Source: a virus (taxonomy: Duplodnaviria; Heunggongvirae; Uroviricota; Caudoviricetes). From it: a stretch of DNA of 64,000 nucleotides. The notes below the pieces were generated by a model. It was not told where the DNA came from. It ran no database searches and was given only the letters and a program-made list of their open reading frames with translations. Shown piece after piece: positions 35,469 through 45,116 of this stretch (position 1 is its first letter; every line of letters starts with the position of its first letter). Where the stretch lies: IMG/VR virus record IMGVR_UViG_3300005544_000021. One strand, written 5' to 3'. Position numbers and translations under genes: made by a program.

Positions 35469-37173
35469 TTGTTCGGTTAAATCTATCTTGCAGGGCTCCT
35501 TTATGGGAAATCACAAACACATTCCTTTCCTCAGCAATTGGTTTCAAAAGTTTCAGGAACAAATCTGTTCCTTCTATATCCAAAGAACCATCTAATACTT
35601 CATCTAAAATCAGCAAGGAACAAGAGGCTGAATTACGCATCTTAGCTATTGTCATCCAAGCAAAGAGTAAAGCTAAATTAATCCGAACCTTTTCTCCCTC
35701 GCTGAAATTCTCATAGGAAAATTCATCCCTAAATCTTGATTTAATGGTTTCATTAAAGTTTTCGTCTAACTCAAAATTAACAAAGAAGTCAAGCTCTTCC
35801 AAGTACCGATTTATCAGCTTATTCATGATTGGAATATATTGCTGAACGATTTTTCCCTTAATACCCCCATCTTTCAGAAGAATAGATGATACTTGATATA
35901 AATCTTTAGTTTCTCCTAATTGTGTTCTCAAAGTTGTGTACTGATTCAGATTGTCATATAAACTAACTGTCAAATCGTCATCAGCTTTAATTTTCATACT
36001 CTTCTTCTTATAGGAATCAATCTCTTTCGTCAAGTCTTTTATACGTTCTTCCAATAGATTTATTTTGGTCTTGCCTTCTGTCATTTTGGTGTGCAATTCA
36101 TCTATTTGGCTGTCAATAGATTTTATTTCCTCAATTAAAAGAACTCGGGCGTTTTCTTCTTTTTCCATGTCTTTCAGCCCTCGTTTCAACCGATCAATAA
36201 CTGATAACTTTGTTTTAATGATATTGTCCTTAAAATCAAGATTAATCGGTTGTTTGCAAGTGGGGCAATTATTGTTTAGTTCATAGAATGCCGTTTCATT
36301 ATATAAACGCTTTATCTTTTCCTCTATATCCTTTCCCATTTGCAAGATGTTTTCAATCGTGTCTTGCTCCTTCATTTTTTCCGAAAAGACTTTCTTTAAG
36401 TCATGTCTTTGTTTGGTGTATTTTGATATATCTTGTTTTTCGGCTTCTATCTCAATTTTGGTTGTGTTAATATTATCTTGACACGCCTGAACTAACTCCG
36501 CATTATTTTCCTTGAGAGCCTGAATATGTTTTTCATTCATCTCAATTTTATTTTGACATAAATCAATCTTATATTCTATTTCCTGGATGTCAGTCTTATT
36601 CTTATTGATTTTTTCCTTTAGCAAAGAATTCATTACGGAAAAGACTTGAATATCTAAAAGGTCTTCAATTACTTCCCGTCTGGCTTGAGCTGGTAATTTC
36701 ATAAAGGGAACATAGCTACCCGAGCCAAGAATTACAATTTGGGTGAAAGCTTTGAAATTCATCTTAAGGATTTGTTTCTCAAGAATCGCTTGATAGTCTC
36801 CAATTCCAGTTGTTTGATCAATTAGCTTATCATCTTTATATATTTCAAAGATGTTTGGTTTCATTCCTCGGATTATCCGGTAGGAACGATTATTAATATC
36901 AAAGGTAATTTCTACCCAAAGATTGCGACAGGTTATGGAATTAATAAGATTCGGTTTATTGATATTCCGAAAAGACTTACCATATAAGGCATACGTGATA
37001 GCATCCAGAAACGTAGATTTTCCAGCCCCATTCACTCCCACAATCAAAGATGTTTTGTGAGAGTTAAGGTCTAGCTCTGTTAAGTAATTACCAGTACCAA
37101 GTAGGTTTTTATATCTCAGAGTTTTAAATAAGATCATTTTTTCAAGTATTGCTATCCCAATATCTATCGGCAC
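35425..37173 (-). CDS. 46: Rad50/SbcC-like recombination ATPase (T4 gp46 homolog)
   Basis: N-terminal Walker A GVNGAGKSTFLDAITYALYG, long coiled-coil with CPTC zinc hook, C-terminal signature/Walker B LLILDEVLDGSLD. Confidence 0.8.
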   Translation of the reverse strand: MPIDIGIAILEKMILFKTLRYKNLLGTGNYLTELDLNSHKTSLIVGVNGAGKSTFLDAITYALYGKSFRNINKPNLINSITCRNLWVEITFDINNRSYRIIRGMKPNIFEIYKDDKLIDQTTGIGDYQAILEKQILKMNFKAFTQIVILGSGSYVPFMKLPAQARREVIEDLLDIQVFSVMNSLLKEKINKNKTDIQEIEYKIDLCQNKIEMNEKHIQALKENNAELVQACQDNINTTKIEIEAEKQDISKYTKQRHDLKKVFSEKMKEQDTIENILQMGKDIEEKIKRLYNETAFYELNNNCPTCKQPINLDFKDNIIKTKLSVIDRLKRGLKDMEKEENARVLLIEEIKSIDSQIDELHTKMTEGKTKINLLEERIKDLTKEIDSYKKKSMKIKADDDLTVSLYDNLNQYTTLRTQLGETKDLYQVSSILLKDGGIKGKIVQQYIPIMNKLINRYLEELDFFVNFELDENFNETIKSRFRDEFSYENFSEGEKVRINLALLFAWMTIAKMRNSASCSLLILDEVLDGSLDIEGTDLFLKLLKPIAEERNVFVISHKGALQDRFNRTIEFKKVKNFSHMVP

Positions 37174-37453
37174 TTTCTAACGCAGCTTTGAGATTCAAGC
37201 GTCCTACTGGATTAGCTGAATGAATAGACCATTTAATGCGAGGTAATTCATTACGATAAGCTCCTTCTTCAATCATTTTAGCAACAGGAATTGTCGTGTC
37301 ATCTCCTCCTAAATCGTGATCAAAAGATATTTCTTCTAATATCAATCCATTAGAATGAGCTAATGCAACTAACCCTTGAGCGACAGACGATTCTTGTACC
37401 CAAACCCAACTGTCATCAGGAGGAGCCCGCAAATCGTCAATCCAAAGCTTCAT
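37142..37453 (-). CDS. receiver-like small domain protein (possible cyclic-phosphate-processing REC family)
   Basis: MKLWIDDLRAPPDDSWVWV...ISFDHDLG pattern recalled from phage REC-like proteins; weak. Confidence 0.3.
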   Translation of the reverse strand: MKLWIDDLRAPPDDSWVWVQESSVAQGLVALAHSNGLILEEISFDHDLGGDDTTIPVAKMIEEGAYRNELPRIKWSIHSANPVGRLNLKAALESADRYWDSNT

Positions 37454-37778
37454 TTTCCCACTTCCTCAAGACTTTTTTCATCCGACGATAAACATACCAA
37501 CAGCCAATAATATCATTTACGTTAGCAATATCATATTTGAACCCTAATAATTCATTCCAGAAGAAAAAAGACCTCTTAATTCCTAATTCATACTTCGCTT
37601 CATCAAGAACACCTAAAGCACAATATGAATTGTTTTCATGGAACTTAAAACGAATTCTTTTCTTAGGATCACTCCATATTTTAATAGCCCGCCGCAAGAC
37701 CCGCACATGATCCGATTCCTGTTGTTCCACTTCAACCATATCACGCGGCATAGGATGATCCTTTTTCCATTGCTTCAT
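37437..37778 (-). CDS. hypothetical protein
   Basis: ORF track 113 aa. Confidence 0.3.
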   Translation of the reverse strand: MKQWKKDHPMPRDMVEVEQQESDHVRVLRRAIKIWSDPKKRIRFKFHENNSYCALGVLDEAKYELGIKRSFFFWNELLGFKYDIANVNDIIGCWYVYRRMKKVLRKWENEALD

Positions 37779-38010
37779 GATCTAGGCGTTGCAAGAGTTC
37801 ATTCTGAAATTTCCGAATGGCTCTTTCTAGGTCAAACTTACTCCAACGCTTCTCGCCATACTCTTTATTTCCTTTTGGAAAAACTTCCGCTTTCACCATC
37901 ATTCGGAATTCCCCAACAGAAAGCTTAGCATAATGAGCTGCTTGGGCTTCTGTTAAGAAATATGGATAATTCCTCTTGTGAGATACGTTACTGTAGTCCA
38001 ACGGGTCCAT
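37741..38010 (-). CDS. small HTH DNA-binding protein (Xis/AlpA/MerR-like)
   Basis: LTEAQAAHYAKLSVGEFRMMVKA helix-turn-helix. Confidence 0.3.
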   Translation of the reverse strand: MDPLDYSNVSHKRNYPYFLTEAQAAHYAKLSVGEFRMMVKAEVFPKGNKEYGEKRWSKFDLERAIRKFQNELLQRLDHEAMEKGSSYAA

Positions 38011-38022
38011 CCGTTTCTCCCC

Positions 38023-39078
38023 CTAGTCTCCAATTGACAGAGCCTCATTGTATAAATTCGTTAAAAAATTGTCAAGTTGTTTTTTATCCAAAGTTACGTC
38101 TGCCTCATTAATGAATTTCTTTAATATCGTGATTGTGTCTTCGCCATTTTCAATATTACTGTTTTCTTCCTTATTCACTAAGTTTTCTAAAATCTTTACA
38201 TCCACTGCATACTTCTCTAACTCTTCAACCAGCATATCTAACCAATATGGATTTGTTTTCTTTTCAACCAAAATCTTAATATAGCAATTCTTGAATTTCT
38301 CAAAATCCAAATTCATAATTTCATCAAGTTCTTTATTTTCATCATTATAATTTATCTTATGGAATATATAATTATGATTCTGATAATATTTCAATATGCC
38401 TGTTGTGGTTTCAAAGGTATGCCAACCTCGGGGACAATTGAAGTCCGCCCACGTCATTTCAGCAACACTTCCAAGATAAAAAATATTTTTGTTATGCGAT
38501 TTCTTATGGAAATGACCTGATAAGACAGCACTAAATTTGCTAAAAGGAGCACTATCAAGGCCATGGTCACAGAATCTCCCAGCATTCATTTCAAATCCTT
38601 CTAGTTCTAAATGAGCAAAGCAATATTTTGACTGACTATCATTTATTGCTTGCATACACCTTTCTTTATTATCTGCACATATCCAGGGAAGAAATAATAT
38701 CTTACATCCATCTCCATAATTCATTTCCATGGGGTCGGTTACGATAGTAAAATGACGATCATTCTGAATTAACTCATGAAGAGAATTAACTTCTAAGGTG
38801 TTTGAATGATAAACGTCGTGATTGCCTGCAATAATGAATACATGACAATTCATTCCAATAAATCGTTCAATGAAGTATCGGCGCACAAAATTTAATGTTG
38901 AAATATTTGCATATTTTCTCCGATCAAAGAAATCCCCAAGAATAACAATCTCATGTATTCCGAGTTCATCAATAACGGGAAAAAATTCCTCGTCATAATA
39001 TTTTCGGAAATGATCTAGAAATATTGGGCTGTCATTTCTAATTCCCCAGTGAAGGTCTGCCAATAGAGCTAATTTCAT
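38023..39078 (-). CDS. 47: Mre11/SbcD-like nuclease (T4 gp47 homolog)
   Basis: Calcineurin-like phosphoesterase motifs LADLHWG, ILGDFFD, IIAGNHD. Confidence 0.8.
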   Translation of the reverse strand: MKLALLADLHWGIRNDSPIFLDHFRKYYDEEFFPVIDELGIHEIVILGDFFDRRKYANISTLNFVRRYFIERFIGMNCHVFIIAGNHDVYHSNTLEVNSLHELIQNDRHFTIVTDPMEMNYGDGCKILFLPWICADNKERCMQAINDSQSKYCFAHLELEGFEMNAGRFCDHGLDSAPFSKFSAVLSGHFHKKSHNKNIFYLGSVAEMTWADFNCPRGWHTFETTTGILKYYQNHNYIFHKINYNDENKELDEIMNLDFEKFKNCYIKILVEKKTNPYWLDMLVEELEKYAVDVKILENLVNKEENSNIENGEDTITILKKFINEADVTLDKKQLDNFLTNLYNEALSIGD

Positions 39079-39243
39079 TTAGCTTGACAAACCTTTCCTA
39101 TAGATGCAACAAATTGCCAACCTCCCCCCTTCTCCAAACAAAGCTTTTGTAGTTCCCAATCTTTAGCATTATTATGCATACAGCCTGCAAATAAGCAAAA
39201 AATATATATAATTATTGCAACTAATATAACCCATTTCATATCT

Positions 39244-39741
39244 TCAGACATGTTTAAACCTTGAAGCTAGTTTGGGGGTTGGCGTCTTTTTTACGACTGG
39301 TATCTGCTCTAATAAAGGTATTTCGGGACCATATAACTTTGTTTCTTTATCTACTACCGCAACAGGTTTTTGGTTTGCGATAGGGGTTGGTTCCACAGCC
39401 TTTGGTAAAGGTTTACCTTCCCGAGCCATGGTTGGAACAGTATTAACTGTGACAGGTTTTGGTTCATCATTAAGTAAAGATGAATATTTTTCAATTTCTT
39501 TTTGCTGACGCCAATAATTTAAGAGCAACCAAAAAATGATTCTATCTTCCGCAAAAGCTGTCATCTTAGTATGACGTAACCAACTTTCTACGGCTTTATA
39601 ATCTCCTTCAATACTACCATCTTCCCGAAGAACAATCTTATTATGTCCCAGGTAAGTCTTGATTGGAATAATAGCTTCCTCAACTGGAACAATATAGTTA
39701 TTATCTTTCATTCCAAAGATTGTACGGAGATATCCAAGCAT
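39244..39741 (-). CDS. hypothetical protein
   Basis: ORF track 165 aa. Confidence 0.3.
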   Translation of the reverse strand: MLGYLRTIFGMKDNNYIVPVEEAIIPIKTYLGHNKIVLREDGSIEGDYKAVESWLRHTKMTAFAEDRIIFWLLLNYWRQQKEIEKYSSLLNDEPKPVTVNTVPTMAREGKPLPKAVEPTPIANQKPVAVVDKETKLYGPEIPLLEQIPVVKKTPTPKLASRFKHV

Positions 39742-39744
39742 GGT

Positions 39745-39951
39745 CTAAGCCTTTTTCTTAGAACGGGATTTATTGGAGTAGTTATTTTGCATCGCCCGAA
39801 ATTTAGTAACCTCAGTTAATGCCGCTTCATATACAGATAGTAACATTCTACAATAATTTTCTCTGATATGCAAAGGATTACTTGGATTGTGTAAATTTTC
39901 AATCCAACCTTCTAAGATTGGTGGAATTGTATACTTGTTATCTTTCATCAT
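39745..39951 (-). CDS. hypothetical protein
   Basis: ORF track 68 aa. Confidence 0.25.
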   Translation of the reverse strand: MMKDNKYTIPPILEGWIENLHNPSNPLHIRENYCRMLLSVYEAALTEVTKFRAMQNNYSNKSRSKKKA

Positions 39952-39965
39952 TTTTTCTCAACCAT

Positions 39966-40472
39966 TTAAGTTAGAAACTTCTCTATGCCACTCACTTTAG
40001 CTTTCTTCTTCTTTGCCGTCAAGCGATTTTCAAACTGTCGTATAAAATCGTAGTTGTTCTCGTATAATGAATTTGCATCCAAAAGATTTTCACTGGATAA
40101 ATCATTCGCCAGAAAAAATGATTCTGTATTCTTGAGCTTAATATATTGCTGCTTCTTTTCCTTATCCAATCGTCTTTTGAATGCATAATAGACTATTTGA
40201 CTTATGTAGGCGAATGGATTGGTTGATTTAGCGGGATCAAAGTTATGTAGATACATAATAACATTTTCATGAGCATCCCCGATCATTTCCTCTTTCCAAT
40301 GGGGACTGTAATTACAAAACCAACGATGATTAGACATCTTTTTAGCGATCATCATAATGCATACCCCGATATAATGAGGAATGGGGGGATTTAGTCCATT
40401 ATTGTAATCATCTTTATAACTAATCATAGCTTTCAATAGATCGTCGTTATTGACATAATTGATTTTTTTCAA
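39966..40472 (-). CDS. 55: late-transcription sigma factor (T4 gp55 homolog)
   Basis: NYVNNDDLLKAMISYK, HNFDPAKSTNPFAYISQ parallel T4 gp55 (NYVNNKELLQAIIDWK, HNFDETKYKNPHAYITQ). Confidence 0.75.
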   Translation of the reverse strand: MKKINYVNNDDLLKAMISYKDDYNNGLNPPIPHYIGVCIMMIAKKMSNHRWFCNYSPHWKEEMIGDAHENVIMYLHNFDPAKSTNPFAYISQIVYYAFKRRLDKEKKQQYIKLKNTESFFLANDLSSENLLDANSLYENNYDFIRQFENRLTAKKKKAKVSGIEKFLT

Positions 40473-40608
40473 TGACTTACCAACTTTCTTCTTAAAGGGC
40501 TAATTTGTAACTTGACAAGCTTTTTTGATTCGGGTAGAACTTCAATCCACGCGCACGCGCTATCCTGAAGTGAGCACTTGCGAACGAAGGATATAGTAGC
40601 TACTACAT

Positions 40609-40675
40609 AACTACACATTGTTACCTCTGAACTACCCCTTAGCTTCCTAACTACCTGTTCCAACCTGCAACTACC
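40609..40675. repeat. four direct AACTAC(C/A) repeats at about 20-bp spacing in the gp55 upstream region
   Basis: AACTACA at 40609, AACTACC at 40630, 40649, 40669; GC-richer non-coding spacer. Confidence 0.4.
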
Positions 40676-40727
40676 TTGTAGCTATAGAGTCTATCCCCTC
40701 TGGCCACTAAATGGAGGAATCCGTCTA

Positions 40728-40826
40728 ATGGATAATTCATCGGCTTTTGATCCTGTATTATTAATTTATCTAGGATTAGGTATTGGACTTGTTATTGGTT
40801 TTCTTATTGGCAGACGTTTTCAGTGA
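40728..40826 (+). CDS. 32-aa hydrophobic micro-ORF
   Basis: ATG preceded by GGAGGA; MDNSSAFDPVLLIYLGLGIGLVIGFLIGRRFQ; speculative. Confidence 0.2.
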   Translation: MDNSSAFDPVLLIYLGLGIGLVIGFLIGRRFQ

Positions 40827-41272
40827 AACTTTGTGGAAATATTATCTGGAATCCTATGAGCAAACTTTCTAATATTACTTGTAAATTGTTGTTGATCATC
40901 AGATAGATGTTGTTCCAGGGTTTTATTTATCTGCAAGAGATTTGAATCTGTTTGGGGTTGGATAAACAATTCACTATAATGGACGCTGTTGTAGTAATAT
41001 TGAGCGAATGAAGTTGTCACGTTGGTCATGCTTACAATATGCATTTTGTTTAGGATTAACACTTGTTCGGTATTGAAAGGTAAATATTTTACCAGATTAA
41101 TTGCCGACACCCCTCCAGCATCCTTATGTTCTATTAACATAGGATATACAAATTTCAAATATCCTTCCTGAATTTCTTCATCCACATATCTTGCGGCGAT
41201 TTGTTCGCCATTTATGAGACGAATAAAAAGAATATCACCAGACATCTTTATCTCCTTTAATAAGAGGACCAA
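40820..41272 (-). CDS. hypothetical protein
   Basis: ORF track 150 aa. Confidence 0.3.
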   Translation of the reverse strand: MVLLLKEIKMSGDILFIRLINGEQIAARYVDEEIQEGYLKFVYPMLIEHKDAGGVSAINLVKYLPFNTEQVLILNKMHIVSMTNVTTSFAQYYYNSVHYSELFIQPQTDSNLLQINKTLEQHLSDDQQQFTSNIRKFAHRIPDNISTKFH

Positions 41273-41513
41273 ATGCGGCTGTCATTTGAGCTTCAAAAGC
41301 ATCTGCCGCATCCCAGTGGGCTTTACGTTCATCAAGAAATAATTTTTCCGCAAAATTATAAACTTCCCAGATACGATCCGCCATTTCTTTCATATTTTCT
41401 TCTTTAGCTGTTGCATGAGCCTCATATAAAAACGATTTTGCATTTCCGAGGACTCCTAACATTTTCTTGCGTCCCTTGGATATACCCCCACTATAGTCTA
41501 TTTCTTTTATCAT
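41235..41513 (-). CDS. hypothetical protein
   Basis: ORF track 92 aa. Confidence 0.3.
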   Translation of the reverse strand: MIKEIDYSGGISKGRKKMLGVLGNAKSFLYEAHATAKEENMKEMADRIWEVYNFAEKLFLDERKAHWDAADAFEAQMTAAFGPLIKGDKDVW

Positions 41514-42952
41514 ATCTTTACCTTGTAGTTTTTCACGGAAAAGTCCTCTTCCAAGTAATATTTCATTCTCTCGGTAAAATGTCTAAGGGTATGATTATAC
41601 CATTTGCCTGAACTCAAATCATCACAAAAATCAAACAACGTGCATTTTTCCTTGGTTTCTCCTTTACGTAAACCTCGCCCAATACTCTGAAGAACTGCAA
41701 TTCTTGATTTGATTGGGGTAGCGAAAATAATATTATGTAAATTTACGATTGAGATTCCTTCGGAAAAACATCCTAGACTGGCGACGATTATTGAATTTTT
41801 TTCCTTATCTACAATCTTACGAATTTCATTCCTTTCTTCGGAATCTATCTTCCCATGAATTAAGTAGACTTTTCTATCCTTGGCGTTCTCTTTAATCAAG
41901 TTATAAAGAGGAATTCCATGGTTCTCTACATAGCGATAAAGAACTAATATATTACCATTCAAGGATAATGTCAAGTTCTTTAGGAAGTCATTTCTGTTTT
42001 TATTCTGTATCAACCAAGCGATTTCATCCTGATATTTAGCTTTCTTAAGTAATTTGGCATCTTCTATTGAGTGTTTTAGAGTAATAGTCTTGATTTTTAA
42101 GTTAGAGATATATCCATCATTCATAAGCTCTTTGGTTGTAATAATTTGCTTGCTTTGCCCGAACAACCCTTCTAGAACCATCTGGTTGACTTCCAAACCA
42201 TCTAGAGTTCCTGTAAAACCAAATTTATAGGGGATATGAGGAGTTTTCTTCATTAGTTCAGTCAGGCTTTTGGCCTTAAATTTGTGAGCTTCGTCTCCAA
42301 CAATAACCTCAAAATTCTTGAACCATTCGGAGGATAATTTATAAGCGGATTGCCATGTAGCTATTACAATATCAGCCCCAATATCCTTTTCCTGTCCCGA
42401 ATATATTTTCTGAATATCTTTTGTGTATCCATAGCTTTCAAAATCAGAAGCCATTTGATGAATTAGGGTTGTATTTGGAACAATAATCAAGGTTCGTTTT
42501 TTTAAATATCTAACTAGAAAATATATAATTAGCGATTTTCCCGAACTTGTCGGGGAAACAAACAAAGCTCTTTTTTTCCTAATACAATGAACAAATGTTT
42601 TGACTTGATAATCTCGGAGTTCAAACTTTCCTGGAATTTTCAGACTATTGATAAAGTCTTGAGATTCAACTAAGGAAAAGTTATTATCAGAAAAGTCTCC
42701 CTCATATTCAATCTCATAATCTCTAGTCTTGGCAAATTCTTCTATCTTTGGTAATAAACCAATATAGATAAGATGGGTTGATAAGCTGAATAGTTTTAGC
42801 TTACCATCCCAGACTCTGGCTTTAAACTTTGGGTGATGTTGATAGTTTTGAGCATAGAAAGAAAAACAATCAGATAATTCTTTGGCTACACTTCTTTCAC
42901 ATTCAACCAGAATATAAACATTATCTACATACCGAATTATTATTTCTGTCAC
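41510..42952 (-). CDS. uvsW: UvsW-like SF2 DNA/RNA helicase
   Basis: LRDYQ, Walker A SPTSSGKS, DEAH-like VIVGDEAH, helicase C-terminal motifs. Confidence 0.8.
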   Translation of the reverse strand: MTEIIIRYVDNVYILVECERSVAKELSDCFSFYAQNYQHHPKFKARVWDGKLKLFSLSTHLIYIGLLPKIEEFAKTRDYEIEYEGDFSDNNFSLVESQDFINSLKIPGKFELRDYQVKTFVHCIRKKRALFVSPTSSGKSLIIYFLVRYLKKRTLIIVPNTTLIHQMASDFESYGYTKDIQKIYSGQEKDIGADIVIATWQSAYKLSSEWFKNFEVIVGDEAHKFKAKSLTELMKKTPHIPYKFGFTGTLDGLEVNQMVLEGLFGQSKQIITTKELMNDGYISNLKIKTITLKHSIEDAKLLKKAKYQDEIAWLIQNKNRNDFLKNLTLSLNGNILVLYRYVENHGIPLYNLIKENAKDRKVYLIHGKIDSEERNEIRKIVDKEKNSIIVASLGCFSEGISIVNLHNIIFATPIKSRIAVLQSIGRGLRKGETKEKCTLFDFCDDLSSGKWYNHTLRHFTERMKYYLEEDFSVKNYKVKI

Positions 42953-43379
42953 CTATATATTTTTCTCCCCGAGTATATTCTCTGGTTAACATGAATCCAG
43001 GTTTAAAATACATCTCCAAGACTGGAATAATCAATTTTGGATTACATTGCCCGCAAGTAAACATATCAACGGCCGCAAATTCTTCTTCAGGCCAAGTATG
43101 TATTGACATGTGTGATTCTGCTAAAATTGCGGTTCCTGTTACTCCAAATCCTTCCCCAAAATCATGAACATGAATATGTAGCATGCAAGCATTAACTGCC
43201 TGAATACAATTCAGCATAGCTTCCTTGACCAATTTTGCATTATCTAAATTTTTAGCCGAATATATATCAACATGAACATGTTTACCTGCATATTTGATAT
43301 TACCATCTTCAATAAAATTTCCATAAGTTTGGGCAGTTATATTAGCAGCTTCCTGGAACTTTTCGTCTTGATATGTCAT
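42921..43379 (-). CDS. speD: S-adenosylmethionine decarboxylase (pyruvoyl-dependent, SpeH/SpeD class)
   Basis: AESHMSIHTWPEE and VDMFTCG signatures. Confidence 0.8.
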   Translation of the reverse strand: MTYQDEKFQEAANITAQTYGNFIEDGNIKYAGKHVHVDIYSAKNLDNAKLVKEAMLNCIQAVNACMLHIHVHDFGEGFGVTGTAILAESHMSIHTWPEEEFAAVDMFTCGQCNPKLIIPVLEMYFKPGFMLTREYTRGEKYIGDRNNNSVCR

Positions 43380-43382
43380 ATC

Positions 43383-43835
43383 TTATTCCCCGAGATTGAA
43401 CTTATGTGCTTCCAAGGCGTTCCTAATGATAAAGGAACGAGTTTTTATTGAAGATAATATTTCTTCTAAAATGGTAATCAATTCTTTCGCCTCTCCTAAT
43501 TGTTTTACCTTAGCTATATAATCCGTATCCCCTTCAATATAATAATTCAATTCCCTGGATTTCTGGGCAGCTCCTTTAGAAGGAAATGAACTAGAACCAT
43601 CCCATTTACCCTTTTTCTTATCTTCGGGGGATGGGCCTTGAGAATATAATATGTATTTTTCTTTCTGGAGTATAGATAACTCCCCTTCTATATCCCGACT
43701 GATTTTTCTTGCCTTTGCAAGCAAAGTGAGATATTTATGGTGTAGCTTTGGAATTCGTAAGGATTCATCCACAAGCTTAAGAGGATTAAGATGACTATCC
43801 TTTTCCCATTCTTGTAAGACAACTTCCTCGTTCAT
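43383..43835 (-). CDS. uvsY: UvsY-like recombination mediator
   Basis: Adjacent to uvsW; weak colinear similarity to T4 UvsY (KYLTLLAKARK...LYS; C-terminal FIIRNALEAHKF versus FAIKHIQDMRAF). Confidence 0.45.
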   Translation of the reverse strand: MNEEVVLQEWEKDSHLNPLKLVDESLRIPKLHHKYLTLLAKARKISRDIEGELSILQKEKYILYSQGPSPEDKKKGKWDGSSSFPSKGAAQKSRELNYYIEGDTDYIAKVKQLGEAKELITILEEILSSIKTRSFIIRNALEAHKFNLGE

Positions 43836-43899
43836 AAATTCGTCCTTTCGTTTACCTTGGCTTAATGTTACTATTCTTTTAATTTGTTGTCAATAAGTA

Positions 43900-44337
43900 T
43901 TGACACAGATATCAAACTTAGTTAGAAGAGCGAACAACCAAAAGGAGAAAGAGAAAATGAAAGTTGGTGACATCGTAATCTGTATTGATGACAGTCATTC
44001 TAAAATGGATAGGAATGGTACTATGGTACAAATCTTAACAAAAGGTAATTCATATATTGTTAAGGGTATTGGAGACTTAATTGATATTGGATGTGGAATG
44101 GGACAGGCGTGGTTTCCCGATAGATTTAAAGTAGCTGAGCCTGGAACAAGAGATTATGATTTTGTAGAATACTTTAAGCGTGGAAGTGTTAAGCATGGGA
44201 TTGTTGGGACATGTAAACCTAAATCTTCGCTTGATCCTTTCTTACGGAAAATGCTTGAAGATCATTTAGAAGGTCGGGCTCTGAAAAGTACAAAAGAATA
44301 TCACGAACTCAAGGCACTTTTACAAAATAGTAACTAA
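43900..44337 (+). CDS. hypothetical protein (probable start at internal MKVGDIV)
   Basis: ORF track 145 aa; GGAGAAAGAGAAA precedes the internal ATG. Confidence 0.3.
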   Translation: MTQISNLVRRANNQKEKEKMKVGDIVICIDDSHSKMDRNGTMVQILTKGNSYIVKGIGDLIDIGCGMGQAWFPDRFKVAEPGTRDYDFVEYFKRGSVKHGIVGTCKPKSSLDPFLRKMLEDHLEGRALKSTKEYHELKALLQNSN

Positions 44338-44349
44338 GAGGAGTAAAGG

Positions 44350-45108
44350 ATGATATACAAACTCTTTGCGTTTATTATCATACTAGGAATCTTTGGAGGA
44401 CAAGCAAATGCTAAAGTTGATGCAACGGGAAACCCAATCGTCATAAAAACAATTACCCTGAAAAATCCCGCAATTGATAACGGGAGAGCAAATATCGTTT
44501 TTTCCGAAGAATTTGATATTAACAAAACCTTTACGATTATTTATTATTTCCATGGTAATTCTCCTTCTAATCCAATAGCAAACATTAAGAATATTACAAA
44601 AGCTAATAAAGGAGATAATTTTGTTGTCGTTGCCGCAGACCTTGGGGATACTCCCGGAGCCTATGAGGGAAATTTTGCGGCCAAAAATGTCTTTAATAAA
44701 TTCTTAAATGAAATGTCTGAAAGACTTGCCATAGCTTATGGAGATAAAAGTAAGACCCAGAGATTTGCTGAGGCAGATAAAATATTTGAGGCTTATAGTG
44801 GAGGTTTCAAACCTCTGGCTGCGGGAATTAGAATGTTAGATAAAAATGTTAAAGTCAAATGTATTGTTCTAGTTGATGCATTATATGGTCAATTAGATAC
44901 ATATGTAAAATGGATTAAGACAAATCCAAATAGTTATTTTGTCAATCTTTATATTGAGAATGGTTCAACAGCGTCCGGGAACTATAATTTGGTACGCTCA
45001 TTTAATGGTAGAATCCCAAAAAATGTCACGATTGTTCAAACAAAAACTGGACACTATGCCTTGCCAGGGTCTAAGGTGCTGGCAGAGGTTCACCGAAAAT
45101 TGCTGTAG
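44350..45108 (+). CDS. secreted alpha/beta-hydrolase-fold esterase/lipase-like protein
   Basis: Signal peptide MIYKLFAFIIILGIFGGQANA; oxyanion-hole-like FHG; nucleophile-elbow-like AYSGG (AxSxG); downstream Asp/His candidates. Confidence 0.45.
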   Translation: MIYKLFAFIIILGIFGGQANAKVDATGNPIVIKTITLKNPAIDNGRANIVFSEEFDINKTFTIIYYFHGNSPSNPIANIKNITKANKGDNFVVVAADLGDTPGAYEGNFAAKNVFNKFLNEMSERLAIAYGDKSKTQRFAEADKIFEAYSGGFKPLAAGIRMLDKNVKVKCIVLVDALYGQLDTYVKWIKTNPNSYFVNLYIENGSTASGNYNLVRSFNGRIPKNVTIVQTKTGHYALPGSKVLAEVHRKLL

Positions 45109-45116
45109 GAGTCGGT

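Noticed and set aside
40469-40663. 64-aa minus-strand ORF in the gp55 upstream spacer
   Set aside because: Lies in a repeat-containing regulatory spacer, overlaps the gp55 start region, and has no RBS; treated as non-coding.
40609-40675. Possible CRISPR-like array from AACTACC repeats
   Set aside because: Repeats are only 7 nt with about 13-nt gaps and no cas genes nearby; consistent with regulatory sites, not CRISPR.
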